Part shown: positions 11,103 through 22,005 of the stretch, piece by piece
Layout: every line of letters begins with the position of its first letter
How positions within the stretch are numbered: the first letter of the stretch is position 1
IMG/VR virus record: IMGVR_UViG_3300021431_000091
Coordinates: 1-64,000 of that record
DNA length: 64,000 nucleotides
Reading direction: 5' to 3' (one strand)
Source: a virus
Taxonomy: Duplodnaviria > Caudoviricetes
Position numbers and translations under genes: made by a program
Notes under the pieces: generated by a model
What the model was told of the DNA's origin: nothing
What the model saw: the letters and a program-made list of their open reading frames with translations, nothing else
Database searches by the model: none

Positions 11103-12115
11103 TATTTTGCTATTTTTACTTTCTTAGACATCATGTTTGGTAATTCGCCTGCCAGTGCTCCTATCTGCGGACCAGTAGAAAGCGGCTGGGGTCCAAGCTG
11201 TGTGGCTGTGAGTGCCGATGCCAGGTAGGAACACAGCTTGCTCAGGATTGACTGAAGCTGGGTGTATAGAACAGCATTGTCCTCAGCTGCACCCACTATG
11301 ACATTTCCACCGCTGTCAACGGTAACCTGGGAACTGTCTGAACCACCCACTTTTGAGGAGACCTCTTTATTGTCAATAGTCACGGTTGTACCGTTAGCGT
11401 TTATCTTGACACTGCCATCTCCGTCCAACTCAACTGTCAGCTTATCGCCAATCTTGAGGGTTTTCTTGGTGTTCTCGGTTGTAATGGTGGTCTTTTCGCC
11501 AACCTGCTCAACTATCTTGTCCTTGGTGGTTGTCCTGGTGATCGTGCCGTCCTGAACCTTCTCAGGATCATCACCTTCCTTGTCGTGCTCGGTAACAACC
11601 TCCTTGATGGAATCCTTGTCGTAATAGGTATGAGCTGAACTTCCAGTGTTGGGGAGGTTATCAAAATCCTTGTCATCATCCTGGTCCTCCACAAATTCCT
11701 CAGTTTCAGTAACACCAATACTGGCCTTAACATGGGACTGAAGCTGGATGACATCAACATGGGAGAAGGCTATAACGTATTCTTCCTGTGTCGCTGGGTC
11801 TTGTACAAATGTAACCTCAGAATAAAGCTGGGGAACAATGAGATACCCAGACTTGTTATTCTGTATGGCTGATATACGTACATGCTCATGGAGACCGGCT
11901 GTTGTCGGCTTGTCCTCCTCATAGTCCTTGTCGAATTCCTGGACATCAATGGTTCCGTACCACTCATCACCTTCTGGGTAGACATTGCAGACATACCCAG
12001 CGGTCTTGTTGGTATAAACAAGGTGGCCTTTCTTGTCAAGAAGGCCTCTCCCAGCTATATTCTGAACCGATTCTGCCAGTTTTCTGGACTCGGAAAGCAA
12101 ATCTCCATAATACAT
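11102..12115 (-). CDS. Baseplate central spike (gpV/gp5-like)
   Basis: N-terminal OB-like region, beta-strand repeats, C-terminal AVLYTQLQSILSKL...SKKVKI; position after hub. Confidence 0.6.
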   Translation of the reverse strand: MYYGDLLSESRKLAESVQNIAGRGLLDKKGHLVYTNKTAGYVCNVYPEGDEWYGTIDVQEFDKDYEEDKPTTAGLHEHVRISAIQNNKSGYLIVPQLYSEVTFVQDPATQEEYVIAFSHVDVIQLQSHVKASIGVTETEEFVEDQDDDKDFDNLPNTGSSAHTYYDKDSIKEVVTEHDKEGDDPEKVQDGTITRTTTKDKIVEQVGEKTTITTENTKKTLKIGDKLTVELDGDGSVKINANGTTVTIDNKEVSSKVGGSDSSQVTVDSGGNVIVGAAEDNAVLYTQLQSILSKLCSYLASALTATQLGPQPLSTGPQIGALAGELPNMMSKKVKIAK

Positions 12116-12116
12116 A

Positions 12117-13796
12117 CTACTTCACGATTTTAAAGTTGTCGAACAGCTTAACCCTATATGGTAGGGTCACTTCCTGCCTGTATCCGTTGACACCAAACTT
12201 TGTATTCACCTCCTCAACGATATAGAACCCCTGTCTTGCAGGCTCTCGGAGGTCAACGAAAGCTATGATGGATGATGTCTTGATGTCGCGCCCGCCAAAG
12301 AGAGTGAGCTTTCCGGATACGCCACTTGGGTTGAAGTTCTCATAATAGGCAATAGCCTCCTTCTTCAGCTCATCCATCGTAACGCCCCATTTCTTAGAGG
12401 TGTACGGGTATCTGGAGTAGGCTTTTAGGCTGTGGATTTCATTTACCACACTTCTCTTGCCGTCCTTCTTTCTCTTACCCTTGCGGACACTGGTGAATTC
12501 CTTTTCATTGACAAACTGGTATTTCTTGGGACCGTCTGAAGGCCTCCACTCAGGATCAACCCTGACAGAAACCTTACAAAAACTGTTCTTGCCATTCTCG
12601 ATCTTCCAGCCTACAGCATCAATTACAACGAACTTCTTGTCCACATTCATAATTGACAGCTGATCCTCTGCAACATCCCAGTCTGAATAGATAATAGGAA
12701 TGCCAGCGTCATCAACCTTATATGTAATTGAATCCTCTGGGTACTTTGGAGGCTCATCCTTACTACCACCCTCAGGAATGGATGATATGTAAGAGCGGCC
12801 AATGCAAAGCTTGTAAGTCACAGCTCCGTCACCATCAACAACCGGACGCATGAAGCAGAGAAGTCCGCTCTTGGACCACTCATAAAGCACGTCGGCAACT
12901 GTTATATGCTGATTTACATTGACCGCACCCACATTGATATTGGATGCCTTTACGTCTGGATGAAGCTCAATCCCAGTTCCTTCCAGCCAATTGTACTTAC
13001 CGCCTGCCTCAAAGAAATCAGCTACGGTCCTGTTACCCTTTGACTGGATATTCTCACATGAGATTGTTTTGAAAATGTATGCCAGGTCCTCACACCTCAG
13101 TTCTATAGGCTGGGTGGGAGAAATACCTGTAATGAATCCTGAGAACACAAGGTTAAGGCACTTGTGATTCTCGTATTTGTCTATGTTCTCGGCAACGTCT
13201 GGATCCTGGGTATATCCGCACCTTATCTCAATCCTGTCTCCAGTGGTGAACATGGTGGGATCAACAGGCCTGCCCTTCTCGGTTGCGGTTGTGAGCACCA
13301 GGCCGAAATCATTTACGTTATCTGGGTCAAAAAGCTCCTTCCCGTCTGCCTGGTTTGAGTCTGAACTTACATCCTTGCTTACCTTAGGCTCAGGGGAATT
13401 GTTCTTGAGGTCTGATGCAACACCAGGATCCTGGGCACCTGTATTCTGGTCAACAGAACAGACAGTTATCACTTTCTTAATGATTGAGCCCTTTGGAATA
13501 ACCACTGAGGCTGTGCTGATAACGTTCTTGTATGAGCTGTTGACTGTTATATTCTCCACCTCATGCAGCACCATCTTGCACTGTTCCTTGGCTGGGGCTG
13601 GCTGAATACCTTGTTTGTCAGGATCCCAGATTTTGATTTGGCACACAAGTATATCAGGAGCCTGGTCAATGTATCTCTGGGCATCTTCCCCATCAAGACC
13701 TCTCTCAGCTCCTGTATGGCGGTAGTTCACATCATATTTCGGTGTGGCATACTTATTACCGCCTGACTGTATTCCCTCAGCTATCTTGTCTGCCAT
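12117..13796 (-). CDS. Baseplate hub protein (gpD/gp27-like)
   Basis: GDRIEIRCGY, VFSGFITGISP..PIELRCED, GKLTLFG, YIVEEVNTKFGVNGYRQEVTL typical of contractile-tail hubs. Confidence 0.7.
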   Translation of the reverse strand: MADKIAEGIQSGGNKYATPKYDVNYRHTGAERGLDGEDAQRYIDQAPDILVCQIKIWDPDKQGIQPAPAKEQCKMVLHEVENITVNSSYKNVISTASVVIPKGSIIKKVITVCSVDQNTGAQDPGVASDLKNNSPEPKVSKDVSSDSNQADGKELFDPDNVNDFGLVLTTATEKGRPVDPTMFTTGDRIEIRCGYTQDPDVAENIDKYENHKCLNLVFSGFITGISPTQPIELRCEDLAYIFKTISCENIQSKGNRTVADFFEAGGKYNWLEGTGIELHPDVKASNINVGAVNVNQHITVADVLYEWSKSGLLCFMRPVVDGDGAVTYKLCIGRSYISSIPEGGSKDEPPKYPEDSITYKVDDAGIPIIYSDWDVAEDQLSIMNVDKKFVVIDAVGWKIENGKNSFCKVSVRVDPEWRPSDGPKKYQFVNEKEFTSVRKGKRKKDGKRSVVNEIHSLKAYSRYPYTSKKWGVTMDELKKEAIAYYENFNPSGVSGKLTLFGGRDIKTSSIIAFVDLREPARQGFYIVEEVNTKFGVNGYRQEVTLPYRVKLFDNFKIVK

Positions 13797-13797
13797 T

Positions 13798-14859
13798 TTA
13801 TATCAAGCTGTTAATGCCTTTGTCAAGGCCTTTGTTAAGTGAATCAAGTGCGCCATTCTGCAAGCCTTCCAGCTTCTTCTGTACCAGCTGAGCCCATGCG
13901 CCTTTCTTGGTTTTCTCTGCCTGCTGGATGCTGTAGTCCACAATGTTTATGGTATCAGCCTCCACCTTGGTAACCTCATCAGGCATAACACCAACAGCAG
14001 AGAAGGTGTAGTCCTGTGTATTGTCTCCATATCCCTGTCTTGGTGAAAGAGACCACCCAGTTATAATGAATTTATCGATTCCCAGTATGTCGAGAATATA
14101 GTGGTTACAGTAGACCAGACCTTTGTAGTCCATAATCTGCTTGAACTTCCTGACCTGATCCTCTGGGTACACGCCTGGGACACCGGAACACATCTTGCCT
14201 GAAACTGAGAACTTGATGTCGCCATTACCAACAATTTCCTTGCGGGTAAAGTCACGTCCCTGTACCGGTGTGAGGATAACGTTCTTGTCTGAATTCATCT
14301 GGGGTATTGCCAGCGGATCGAACCAGACAAGCATATCGGTCTGGGTTGGCATATTCACGTCAAGCCTTCCTGCACCGATCTTACCACCGCGCATCCTTGA
14401 CTGCATCTTATAGGCAATAGGTTCCTTCAGCTTGATACCCATAATGAATGCGTAAGGGCAAAGCTCTCCATAATTGTCAACAGCTGGGATATAGTCCTCG
14501 CCACCTCCGTCCCTGTTAACCTGGAGCATACCGTAATGTTTCTGCCTTACCTTGTCTCCATAGTCCTTGATAAGGGTTGACCAGGCTGAATCCTCACGGC
14601 CCTGAACCTTACCCTTCAGTAGTTTCTTAACCTGATCGATTGCGTACTGCTTGGCATACTGGGCAGCAGCTCTTAGGATAGGGGCTGAGTGAACAGACCA
14701 GAAATTAGCTCCTGGCTTGTAGTTGTAGTAATAGTCAATCTCCTGGCCCTTGACCCTGTTGATGCCCATGATTTCGTTGATGCCGTTGAAGCCCATGCTC
14801 ATAGCACTGGAAACCACGCCATTGGTAACGTTATATGTCAGATTAGAAAAAACATTCAT
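13798..14859 (-). CDS. Tail tube initiator/baseplate protein (DUF6046-like)
   Basis: KNVILTPVQGRDFTRKEIVGNGDIKFSVSG motif; directly after tape measure. Confidence 0.6.
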   Translation of the reverse strand: MNVFSNLTYNVTNGVVSSAMSMGFNGINEIMGINRVKGQEIDYYYNYKPGANFWSVHSAPILRAAAQYAKQYAIDQVKKLLKGKVQGREDSAWSTLIKDYGDKVRQKHYGMLQVNRDGGGEDYIPAVDNYGELCPYAFIMGIKLKEPIAYKMQSRMRGGKIGAGRLDVNMPTQTDMLVWFDPLAIPQMNSDKNVILTPVQGRDFTRKEIVGNGDIKFSVSGKMCSGVPGVYPEDQVRKFKQIMDYKGLVYCNHYILDILGIDKFIITGWSLSPRQGYGDNTQDYTFSAVGVMPDEVTKVEADTINIVDYSIQQAEKTKKGAWAQLVQKKLEGLQNGALDSLNKGLDKGINSLI

Positions 14860-14932
14860 AACTATTCCTTTTTATAGAAATAGGACTTTAGGGTGTTTTT
14901 CTGTTTGCTATTTGAGGATGCCGGAAAAAGAA

Positions 14933-14965
14933 AAGTGGAGCACCTTTTCCGTTTGTGCTCCACCT
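14933..14965 (-). terminator. Intrinsic terminator after tape measure gene
   Basis: GTGGAGCAC/GTGCTCCAC inverted repeat followed by a T-run on the - strand. Confidence 0.6.
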
Positions 14966-14971
14966 TTGTAT

Positions 14972-17900
14972 TTATCCCATATCCGCGCCGCTTGTATTGA
15001 CCAGTGCGCCTGCCTGCATCTGGGCTGTTGCAAATGCCTGGGTGACTGCATGAACCACGCGGGGCATTATCTGATCTGCTATCTGCTTCTCGTCGGCTGA
15101 AAGGAATTCGTTCTTGTCGAAGTTCACCAGGTTGTCGATGTTGAAGATAATCTGGGTTGGACGGGCAGATGAACGCTGGTAGTGGTTCTTGTATGCGTCG
15201 GTGTCTGGGCTGTATGGGTTTGCTGTTCCGTTGCCTCCCTTACCGCCATTAGCATTTGCGCCTCCAGGATTTGTAACTCCAGTAGTACCCTTCTTGCTCT
15301 TATCTGGATATGCCCATTCAAGTATCTTTGCCATATTATTTATATCCTTCCATTTTCCTGAGCTAACCCAATCCTGACCAAGACCGTGTTGATCAGCATA
15401 ACCAGCAGCAAGGTCTTTCCAGCGTTTCAGTTGTTCTCCTCCAAGTTTGCTTCCTGGACGAATTCCCATCTTCTCAAGAGCAACACTACCGGCACTTACA
15501 CCACCAGCGAACTGGGAGAGCGGATCGCTTCCAAGTGACTGATAAACAAGCCCCATCATACTCTCCATGTAAGTTCCAACAGTATCTGCAACCTTAATAT
15601 TAAACGCCCTTAACTGGATGAGGAAGCTTTCATAGTTCATGGCACCGTTTTGAGCCATGATTGTGATGTCCTTTATTTTGCCATTAACGTCAGGAAGGCT
15701 TATCTGCATTGAACTTACAGCTCTTGAAAGAATCTCAACCCTCTTCTGCACCTCATTAGCTGCAAGACCGTCAAGCTCCTCTATTGCGAGATACAACGAC
15801 ATTTGTGGGTTGTTCTTGTCGTCAAGCATCTTTGAAAGGTTATCCCCAATAGCAGAACGATATTCCCAGGTGTTAGCAAGCTCAGAAGCACGCATATTAC
15901 CGATGGCGTTTATGTCCGTCATCTTACTAATCTGCGTTTCGTTTCCAGTTGGATAAATACCCTTGATGTAATTATTAGCGTCCTCCCTTGCCTTTGCAAA
16001 AGCAGCTATACGCTTATCTTTGTCCTGGATGGAAGCTGCGTTTCTGAATAAATTAAGGATCCTTGCCTCACCACTTCTATAGAACGATGAGTTGATACCC
16101 ATAAGTCTGACAGCACTTGCAGCTGCCATAATGCGGGCATTATTCATATTGGCACCCCAGTTACCCCTGTTACCGCTTAACGAGCTCTGTCTTTCGTATG
16201 CTTTCACATATTCGCTCATAGACATTCCAGTAACAGGCTGCACATAACCATTGTACAACTCATTAATGAATGGACCAGGCTTCCTGTACATGTAATCTGT
16301 GTCAAATATGTTAGTGAAGCCCTTTGTATGCCTGAACTGAGGATTAGATCTCCATGCCGTTGCCTGCCTATAACCACCAGTGTACTGGCCAGTAATCACA
16401 CCAAGTCTCACAGCAGATCCAGTTGCAAGTCCCCTGTTAAACATCTCTTCAGAAAGCGTGTCTGATGCAACAGCCCTTGCATTAGCGAGATGTCCCCTTG
16501 ACTCTTCAATTTTCTTGTTGAACTTAGCTTCAGATTTTTCAGTTTCCCTTGTTGACTTTTCAATAAGGTAAACCATACCTGCGATACTTGCAAGCGTGAT
16601 TCCAATCGGACTGAATATTGAGCCAAGAACAGTAGCAAGACCCGAAACAAGCGAACCACCAGCCCCTGCAATAGACAAGGCACCAGCAGCCCTGGCAGCT
16701 GAGAACGACCTTGAGAATGCAACACCCATTGGACTGATTGTGCGACCATGTATTGCAGCAAACCTGGCAGCAGTAGCAGCGGAAACACCTGTTGCAGCAG
16801 CAGTACCGACACCACTTGCACCAGCTGCACCAGCAATTCCAAGACCAATACTTGCATTCCTCATTGTCCTGTAAAGACCAACAACAGGATTCAGAAGCAG
16901 ACCGAATTGTGTCATGGCAAGCTGAATCACCATCATTGCTTTCATGACACCTGGGAACGTATTGTAGAGACCCATCCAGAACTCAGCAACCTTACCGAAT
17001 GCCCAGCCCATAGTCTTTACAAGCTCCATGATATGATTGAGGTTGTCTGCTGCTTCGGGACCTCTCAGATAATCACGAACATCAACAAGCATCTCCTTCA
17101 ATGCACCCTGGAACCTCTCAAACATCTGGACGTTATCCTCAGTGAAGGCAGAGGTTACCTGAGCCCAAAGACCAGCTACGGTATTCTGTTTCTCAGCTGA
17201 GAGTCGGCTTGAGATACCAGTGTCCCTACCAAGTAACATGTCGTCCCTGGTAGACCTTACCTTATCAAGATTACGAATAATCTGGGTGACACCAGCCATA
17301 GAGGTTACACGGAACATCTTAGATACAAGCTGGATTAGCGTCTTGTCGTCTGCCTTTGTTGAAAGATCACCCAGTATATCAATCATGTTCCTTACACTTC
17401 CGTCACTGTTGAACCTGCTGATACCCAGCTTATCCCACATTGCCTTCTGCTTCTTGTTCGGGTTGATGATATTCTGGAGTGCCATACGGAGCGTTGTACC
17501 AGCCATAGATGCCTGGATACCAGCATTACCCATGATACCAATCATTGCCAGCGTGTCCTCAATACCAAGACCAGCTGCACTTGCAACAGGAGCTGCGTAC
17601 TGCATAGCCTCAGCAGTCATCATCATATCGGTATTAAACCTGGTGAATGTGGTAGTGAGGTTATCAGCAAGCTTCCTCATTGCCCTTGCGTCCTTACCAA
17701 TACCGAATGCGGTTTGGATATTGGTAAGCTTATCGGCTGTCATCTCCAGCTCATTGTCACCTATCAAGGCCACATCAGCAATAGGACGGATAGAGTTGTT
17801 GATTTCATTTACACCCAGACCAGCCATTGCCATGAACCTTGCAGCACCAGCAACCTCAGGAGCAGTAAACTTAGTGTCCATACCAACCTGACGAACATTA

Positions 17901-19705
17901 CGCGCCATCTGAGCAAAGTTGGATGGGGTGTATCCTGTAAGTTTCTTATTGGACTCCAGAATAGCCTTTACTGAGGTCATTGTATTCTGGTAGTCAACAG
18001 CCTGCCTCATTGCGTCACCGATAAGGCCGAATGCAGCACCGATACCCATCATACCAACCATGCCCTTTGCCATTCCGACAAAAGCTGGGGTCTGTACTCC
18101 GAATGATGTATTACCTACCAAAGGATAGGTTGAGGCACGCATCATCTGTCTGCGCGTACCTTGCATTTCACGCTGTCCCTGGGGATGACCGCCTCTACGT
18201 GCTGGCTGATTGGTTGTCGCTCCTGCACCAGCCTTGCTTCCAGAAGCGGTTGTAGTTCCGGCAGTACCTGGAGCAGATGCTGTAATGGGTGCTGTAAGAC
18301 CCTTAATACCTCTCAGTTTTGCCTTAAGCTCAGCAATATTCGGAGTGAGGGTTACTGTTGCCTTCAGGCCTTTTATCTTAGCGACTGATTCCTTTAGCTT
18401 GACAATATCAGGCTTCAGCATTACATTGGCAACCAATCCCTTGATCTTGGATACCCTCTCCTTGAGCTTGGCTATTGCATTTGCATTCAGAATCAGGTCA
18501 ACAACAGCCTTGATACCAGTAAGCTTGGACATAGATTTCTGGAACCCAGCCTTATCGGGAACAAGCGTAACCCTGCTCCTTGACCTGGGTGCCTTTTTAG
18601 CCTTAGCCACCTGTGCGGCTGTTCCAGTTACTGCGGTATCCAGGGTTGACTTGAGACTCTGGACGGAATCGTTTATCTGACCAATTGACTTCCTGAAGCT
18701 GTTTGCAGCAGTGCCTCCCTTAACACGGACACTGATATTTGCAAGCCTCTGGAGCTCTTCAAATTTTGTTTTGAGTGATGCCAGCTTACCTACAGCCTCA
18801 GAATCATCAACTATAACTGAATATTTGATGGTTTTTGGCTTACCCTTGTTGTCGTCAATGATTTTCCTGAAGGATTTGACCATATTTCTGGTGGCCCTCA
18901 CCTTCTCGTTCATTTCCTTGGCCGACATCATGATTGGTGCCGTAGCCATCGTACTTGCAGCTGCAACACCAGCACCCTTATCCTTGCTACCATATTTTGC
19001 AAGGAAATCCTCCTCAGCTTTCTTGGCAGCACCCAGACTTGCAGTTCTTTTCTTGATAGCGTCCTGGATATGACCAAGAACGGTATCTGGATTGCTGGTA
19101 GCCCACCTCTTGCTTATCTTATCAAGGTATTTCTGCTCATCCTCGTTGAATGTCTTAAGAGCTGCTGCTGACCACTTGGATTTGGCACCGCTTCCACGCT
19201 TAGCCATACCAAGCCTTTGATACATGTTTGCCAGTTTGTTAAGCTCAGCCTGCTCAGCCTTTGTAACATTCTGCAACTGCTTGAACTGGGATGCTGTTTC
19301 CTTAGCGGACATAGAAGCACCCTTAGCCATACCTGTAAGAGCCCTTTCGCTTTTGAATCCCTTTGTGGCAAGACCATCCAGTCCGGCACTGATCATCCTA
19401 ATATCATTTCCAAAAAGCCCCTGCATTGCTACATGGGCGTTCTTGAATGTAGATAATAGCGCGTTCTGGAATGCCGTCATCTGGCTTATTGGCTTGGTCA
19501 TATCAAATGCCTGACCCATCCTTGTACCAAAGTTCTTCTGAGCCTTGATAAGACGGTCAAGTGATGTTCCCAAAGCCCTCATGGGAGCCACACTCTGAGC
19601 CTGAAGCTGCTCCATTTGAGCTGTCAGGGCTGCGAGAGACTGCTGAGCTGCTGATACGTTAGCATTAACAACGTATTCGACAAGATATTGCTGGGTATTT
19701 GCCAT
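14972..19705 (-). CDS. Tail tape measure protein
   Basis: 1577 aa, Ala/Gly/Met-rich helical; TP901-type core TKFTAPEVAGAARFMAMAG...GIQASMAGTTLR. Confidence 0.93.
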   Translation of the reverse strand: MANTQQYLVEYVVNANVSAAQQSLAALTAQMEQLQAQSVAPMRALGTSLDRLIKAQKNFGTRMGQAFDMTKPISQMTAFQNALLSTFKNAHVAMQGLFGNDIRMISAGLDGLATKGFKSERALTGMAKGASMSAKETASQFKQLQNVTKAEQAELNKLANMYQRLGMAKRGSGAKSKWSAAALKTFNEDEQKYLDKISKRWATSNPDTVLGHIQDAIKKRTASLGAAKKAEEDFLAKYGSKDKGAGVAAASTMATAPIMMSAKEMNEKVRATRNMVKSFRKIIDDNKGKPKTIKYSVIVDDSEAVGKLASLKTKFEELQRLANISVRVKGGTAANSFRKSIGQINDSVQSLKSTLDTAVTGTAAQVAKAKKAPRSRSRVTLVPDKAGFQKSMSKLTGIKAVVDLILNANAIAKLKERVSKIKGLVANVMLKPDIVKLKESVAKIKGLKATVTLTPNIAELKAKLRGIKGLTAPITASAPGTAGTTTASGSKAGAGATTNQPARRGGHPQGQREMQGTRRQMMRASTYPLVGNTSFGVQTPAFVGMAKGMVGMMGIGAAFGLIGDAMRQAVDYQNTMTSVKAILESNKKLTGYTPSNFAQMARNVRQVGMDTKFTAPEVAGAARFMAMAGLGVNEINNSIRPIADVALIGDNELEMTADKLTNIQTAFGIGKDARAMRKLADNLTTTFTRFNTDMMMTAEAMQYAAPVASAAGLGIEDTLAMIGIMGNAGIQASMAGTTLRMALQNIINPNKKQKAMWDKLGISRFNSDGSVRNMIDILGDLSTKADDKTLIQLVSKMFRVTSMAGVTQIIRNLDKVRSTRDDMLLGRDTGISSRLSAEKQNTVAGLWAQVTSAFTEDNVQMFERFQGALKEMLVDVRDYLRGPEAADNLNHIMELVKTMGWAFGKVAEFWMGLYNTFPGVMKAMMVIQLAMTQFGLLLNPVVGLYRTMRNASIGLGIAGAAGASGVGTAAATGVSAATAARFAAIHGRTISPMGVAFSRSFSAARAAGALSIAGAGGSLVSGLATVLGSIFSPIGITLASIAGMVYLIEKSTRETEKSEAKFNKKIEESRGHLANARAVASDTLSEEMFNRGLATGSAVRLGVITGQYTGGYRQATAWRSNPQFRHTKGFTNIFDTDYMYRKPGPFINELYNGYVQPVTGMSMSEYVKAYERQSSLSGNRGNWGANMNNARIMAAASAVRLMGINSSFYRSGEARILNLFRNAASIQDKDKRIAAFAKAREDANNYIKGIYPTGNETQISKMTDINAIGNMRASELANTWEYRSAIGDNLSKMLDDKNNPQMSLYLAIEELDGLAANEVQKRVEILSRAVSSMQISLPDVNGKIKDITIMAQNGAMNYESFLIQLRAFNIKVADTVGTYMESMMGLVYQSLGSDPLSQFAGGVSAGSVALEKMGIRPGSKLGGEQLKRWKDLAAGYADQHGLGQDWVSSGKWKDINNMAKILEWAYPDKSKKGTTGVTNPGGANANGGKGGNGTANPYSPDTDAYKNHYQRSSARPTQIIFNIDNLVNFDKNEFLSADEKQIADQIMPRVVHAVTQAFATAQMQAGALVNTSGADMG

Positions 19706-19757
19706 ATTATGCTTCTATTTTATCTTAAATAGCCTTAATGACGGTAAATATGTTCGC

Positions 19758-19787
19758 AAAAATAGGCGCAACCTAAGTCGCGCCTAC
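19758..19787 (-). terminator. Probable intrinsic terminator after second sheath gene
   Basis: TAGGCGC...GCGCCTA stem with AAAAA on + strand (U-tract on -). Confidence 0.5.
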
Positions 19788-19809
19788 CAATCAAATTTAT
19801 AAATATAAA

Positions 19810-21189
19810 TCATGACAGAGTTACTTCTTCCTGCAATACAATGTTCTCGGAATGATCTCCAGGCTTGATTTCAACCTCAGCCGTAAGCGTCTTATCCTTG
19901 AATATATCCTGTTCAGTTGGTACTGTGCATTTACGGAAGTCAAGCTGGGCAGCACCATTCATATTGGAACCTGTACCCATATATGTATCAATGTACGCAT
20001 ACATATCATTCATTATGGCAGTGCATCCGGCAGCAGAGAGCTTTCCAGTTGACGGATTTACCTTTGGAGTGCTGTTTGTGTGCTGGAGAAGTGCAAGCCT
20101 GATGATACGGTGTACCTTATTGATAGTCCTACATCTTACCAGTGAGCTGTAATCCTTGCTTCCCAGTGTCCTGTCACTTGAGAAGAATGTCTCACCAGGT
20201 GCGTCCTCACGGTCAACTGGGAACACATATCCAAACCTGTCCATTTCATTGCGCCTTACATATCCCAGCTTCTCAATTGGTGTATTGTCCTCACCGAAAC
20301 CAAGCTCAGCAACAGGAATCACGTCCTTGAGGCTAAACTTGGAATTGTCGCCCATGAAATACTCAACAGGACAAACTGAAAGGACACCCAGGGCCGCACC
20401 GACACAACCCACTGGAGTGCCGTTTACTGTGCGAGCCTGCATCTGGTGTACCTTGTCGCTTCTTTCCTGGCCAATAAGAACGGTCAGTCCTGGGATGTCA
20501 AAGTTATTGGCAGGTGGAAGCGTCCTGTAATTGAATGTTTGGTTATTAGGAACCATTTTGGCTGTAAGGTAATTTCCGTTCTCATCTTTCAGCCTTGCAC
20601 CGTCCTTGTCTGTTATATATACTGTTGTGTTGAGTAATTCAGTCCTTACCGTATTAGCACAAAGCAGGACATTGAAGGGTATCTCCTGGTCATATTCATC
20701 TGATTTCTGGAAGCTGCTCTTGAAGCAGAAGATAGCGTCATTGAGCTGGGTAAGTACGGGAGATATAAGGTCATTCCCAGTGTAGTCGTACAAGTCCCTT
20801 TCGGTCCAGATGCCGAACTGGAAGATTTTTTTCTTTGTGGCGTGCATTACCCTGTGGAGAACATTGAAGTTTGACCCACAGTTGGCAAAGCACACATATA
20901 TTACATGCTCTGCGTTATTCTTCTTTGCCAGTGTGAAGAAATGGTTGAGGTGGTAATAAGGAACACCGCTCATGATGCCGTCCTCAGTTATTCCGGAAGC
21001 CACAACTTCATCCATACTGGTAAGCCTCTGCACCTGCTCATTCTCGTATTTGGCCTGGGCAAGTGAGTATCCTGAGAATATATTACCGCGCTTTGACGTA
21101 TCGAAAATCAATCCGCAAACAGTCTCGTCAAAGATGTTTCCAGTTTCCTGCTGTACGGATGCGTCAATAGTGAATCTGTTTATTGCCAT
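19810..21189 (-). CDS. Tail sheath-like protein, paralogue 2
   Basis: Collinear similarity to 22512-23876 (GVPYYH, WTER.L, PVG..G, ELGFG, FFSSD.TL, RCRT); start set to MAINRF. Confidence 0.72.
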   Translation of the reverse strand: MAINRFTIDASVQQETGNIFDETVCGLIFDTSKRGNIFSGYSLAQAKYENEQVQRLTSMDEVVASGITEDGIMSGVPYYHLNHFFTLAKKNNAEHVIYVCFANCGSNFNVLHRVMHATKKKIFQFGIWTERDLYDYTGNDLISPVLTQLNDAIFCFKSSFQKSDEYDQEIPFNVLLCANTVRTELLNTTVYITDKDGARLKDENGNYLTAKMVPNNQTFNYRTLPPANNFDIPGLTVLIGQERSDKVHQMQARTVNGTPVGCVGAALGVLSVCPVEYFMGDNSKFSLKDVIPVAELGFGEDNTPIEKLGYVRRNEMDRFGYVFPVDREDAPGETFFSSDRTLGSKDYSSLVRCRTINKVHRIIRLALLQHTNSTPKVNPSTGKLSAAGCTAIMNDMYAYIDTYMGTGSNMNGAAQLDFRKCTVPTEQDIFKDKTLTAEVEIKPGDHSENIVLQEEVTLS

Positions 21190-21255
21190 ATCGGTTGTCT
21201 TTATCTTAAATAGAAAAATACAGCCCTCCACAAGTTAATGCAGAGGACTGTTTTC

Positions 21256-21510
21256 TCAGTGCTTGCCTGAAGGTCTTGGTGGCTGCTGGGGTGCTGAGCC
21301 TCCCATTGCGCTTCCCATTGCAACGAGTGCCTTTTCCTGCATTGCGAGGTGTTCCCTGGCATCCAGCCAAAGGGCGTTCTCACTCCAGAAGGCAAATTCG
21401 AATTCGTCAAGGTTCCAGACATCAAGCTGTGGAAAATACCTCGCTATCAGGATGAACCTCTGGCGGTATCCGTCGTTGTCAATTTTTACATCCTTCAGGC
21501 TTTCGATAAA
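21256..21510 (-). CDS. -1 frameshift extension of tail assembly chaperone (GT)
   Basis: -1 frame open from heptamer 21507-21513 to TGA 21256: FIESLKDVKIDNDGYRQRFILIARYFPQLDVWNLDEFEFAFWSENALWLD... Confidence 0.75.
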   Translation of the reverse strand, partial: FIESLKDVKIDNDGYRQRFILIARYFPQLDVWNLDEFEFAFWSENALWLDAREHLAMQEKALVAMGSAMGGSAPQQPPRPSGKH

Positions 21511-21866
21511 TTTACGACCTTCGCGCTGCGGGCCTCAATCAGGATGGACAGCTGTGGCATCAGACCCATCAGGAACAGGTCGTCATCGGTCAGCAGCTCC
21601 TTGTCACCGTCAACGAAGCAGTCCTTTGCCAGGTTCTGCTGGGCGATAATTGAGTTGGCAGAGTTGGTCATCATGAATTTAGAGAAGGCCTTCATATCGG
21701 GGCTCTTCATATAGGCAACGTAATATGGCTTCTCACCAATCTCCTCGTTACCAGCCACGATGATGGGGATGACGCGCTTCAGCTTATGCTGGGCAATCAG
21801 TTCCTTACTCTTAGCCTCTACGGTTGCCAGAACTTCGCTGGGAACCATCAATTCGTTCTCGTTCAT
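21495..21866 (-). CDS. Tail assembly chaperone (G)
   Basis: 123 aa between tube and tape-measure region; ends over slippery A AAT TTA. Confidence 0.75.
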   Translation of the reverse strand: MNENELMVPSEVLATVEAKSKELIAQHKLKRVIPIIVAGNEEIGEKPYYVAYMKSPDMKAFSKFMMTNSANSIIAQQNLAKDCFVDGDKELLTDDDLFLMGLMPQLSILIEARSAKVVNLSKA

Positions 21867-21946
21867 AACCTAAATTTTAAATTTGACATGTTTGGTAATT
21901 CATCTTTAAATAGGCAGCGTGAAAATCCGGCTGTTTATTAAATACG

Positions 21947-21980
21947 AAAAAAAGAAGGCTTCCCGTTCTGGGAAACCTTC
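21947..21980 (-). terminator. Intrinsic terminator after tail tube gene
   Basis: GAAGG.TTCCC/GGGAA.CCTTC stem with A7 on + strand. Confidence 0.6.
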
Positions 21981-22005
21981 CAATCCAATTACCAAACCCA
22001 GGCCG

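Noticed and set aside
21201-21425. 74-aa ORF from the track
   Set aside because: The chaperone -1 frameshift frame (21256-21510) explains this interval.
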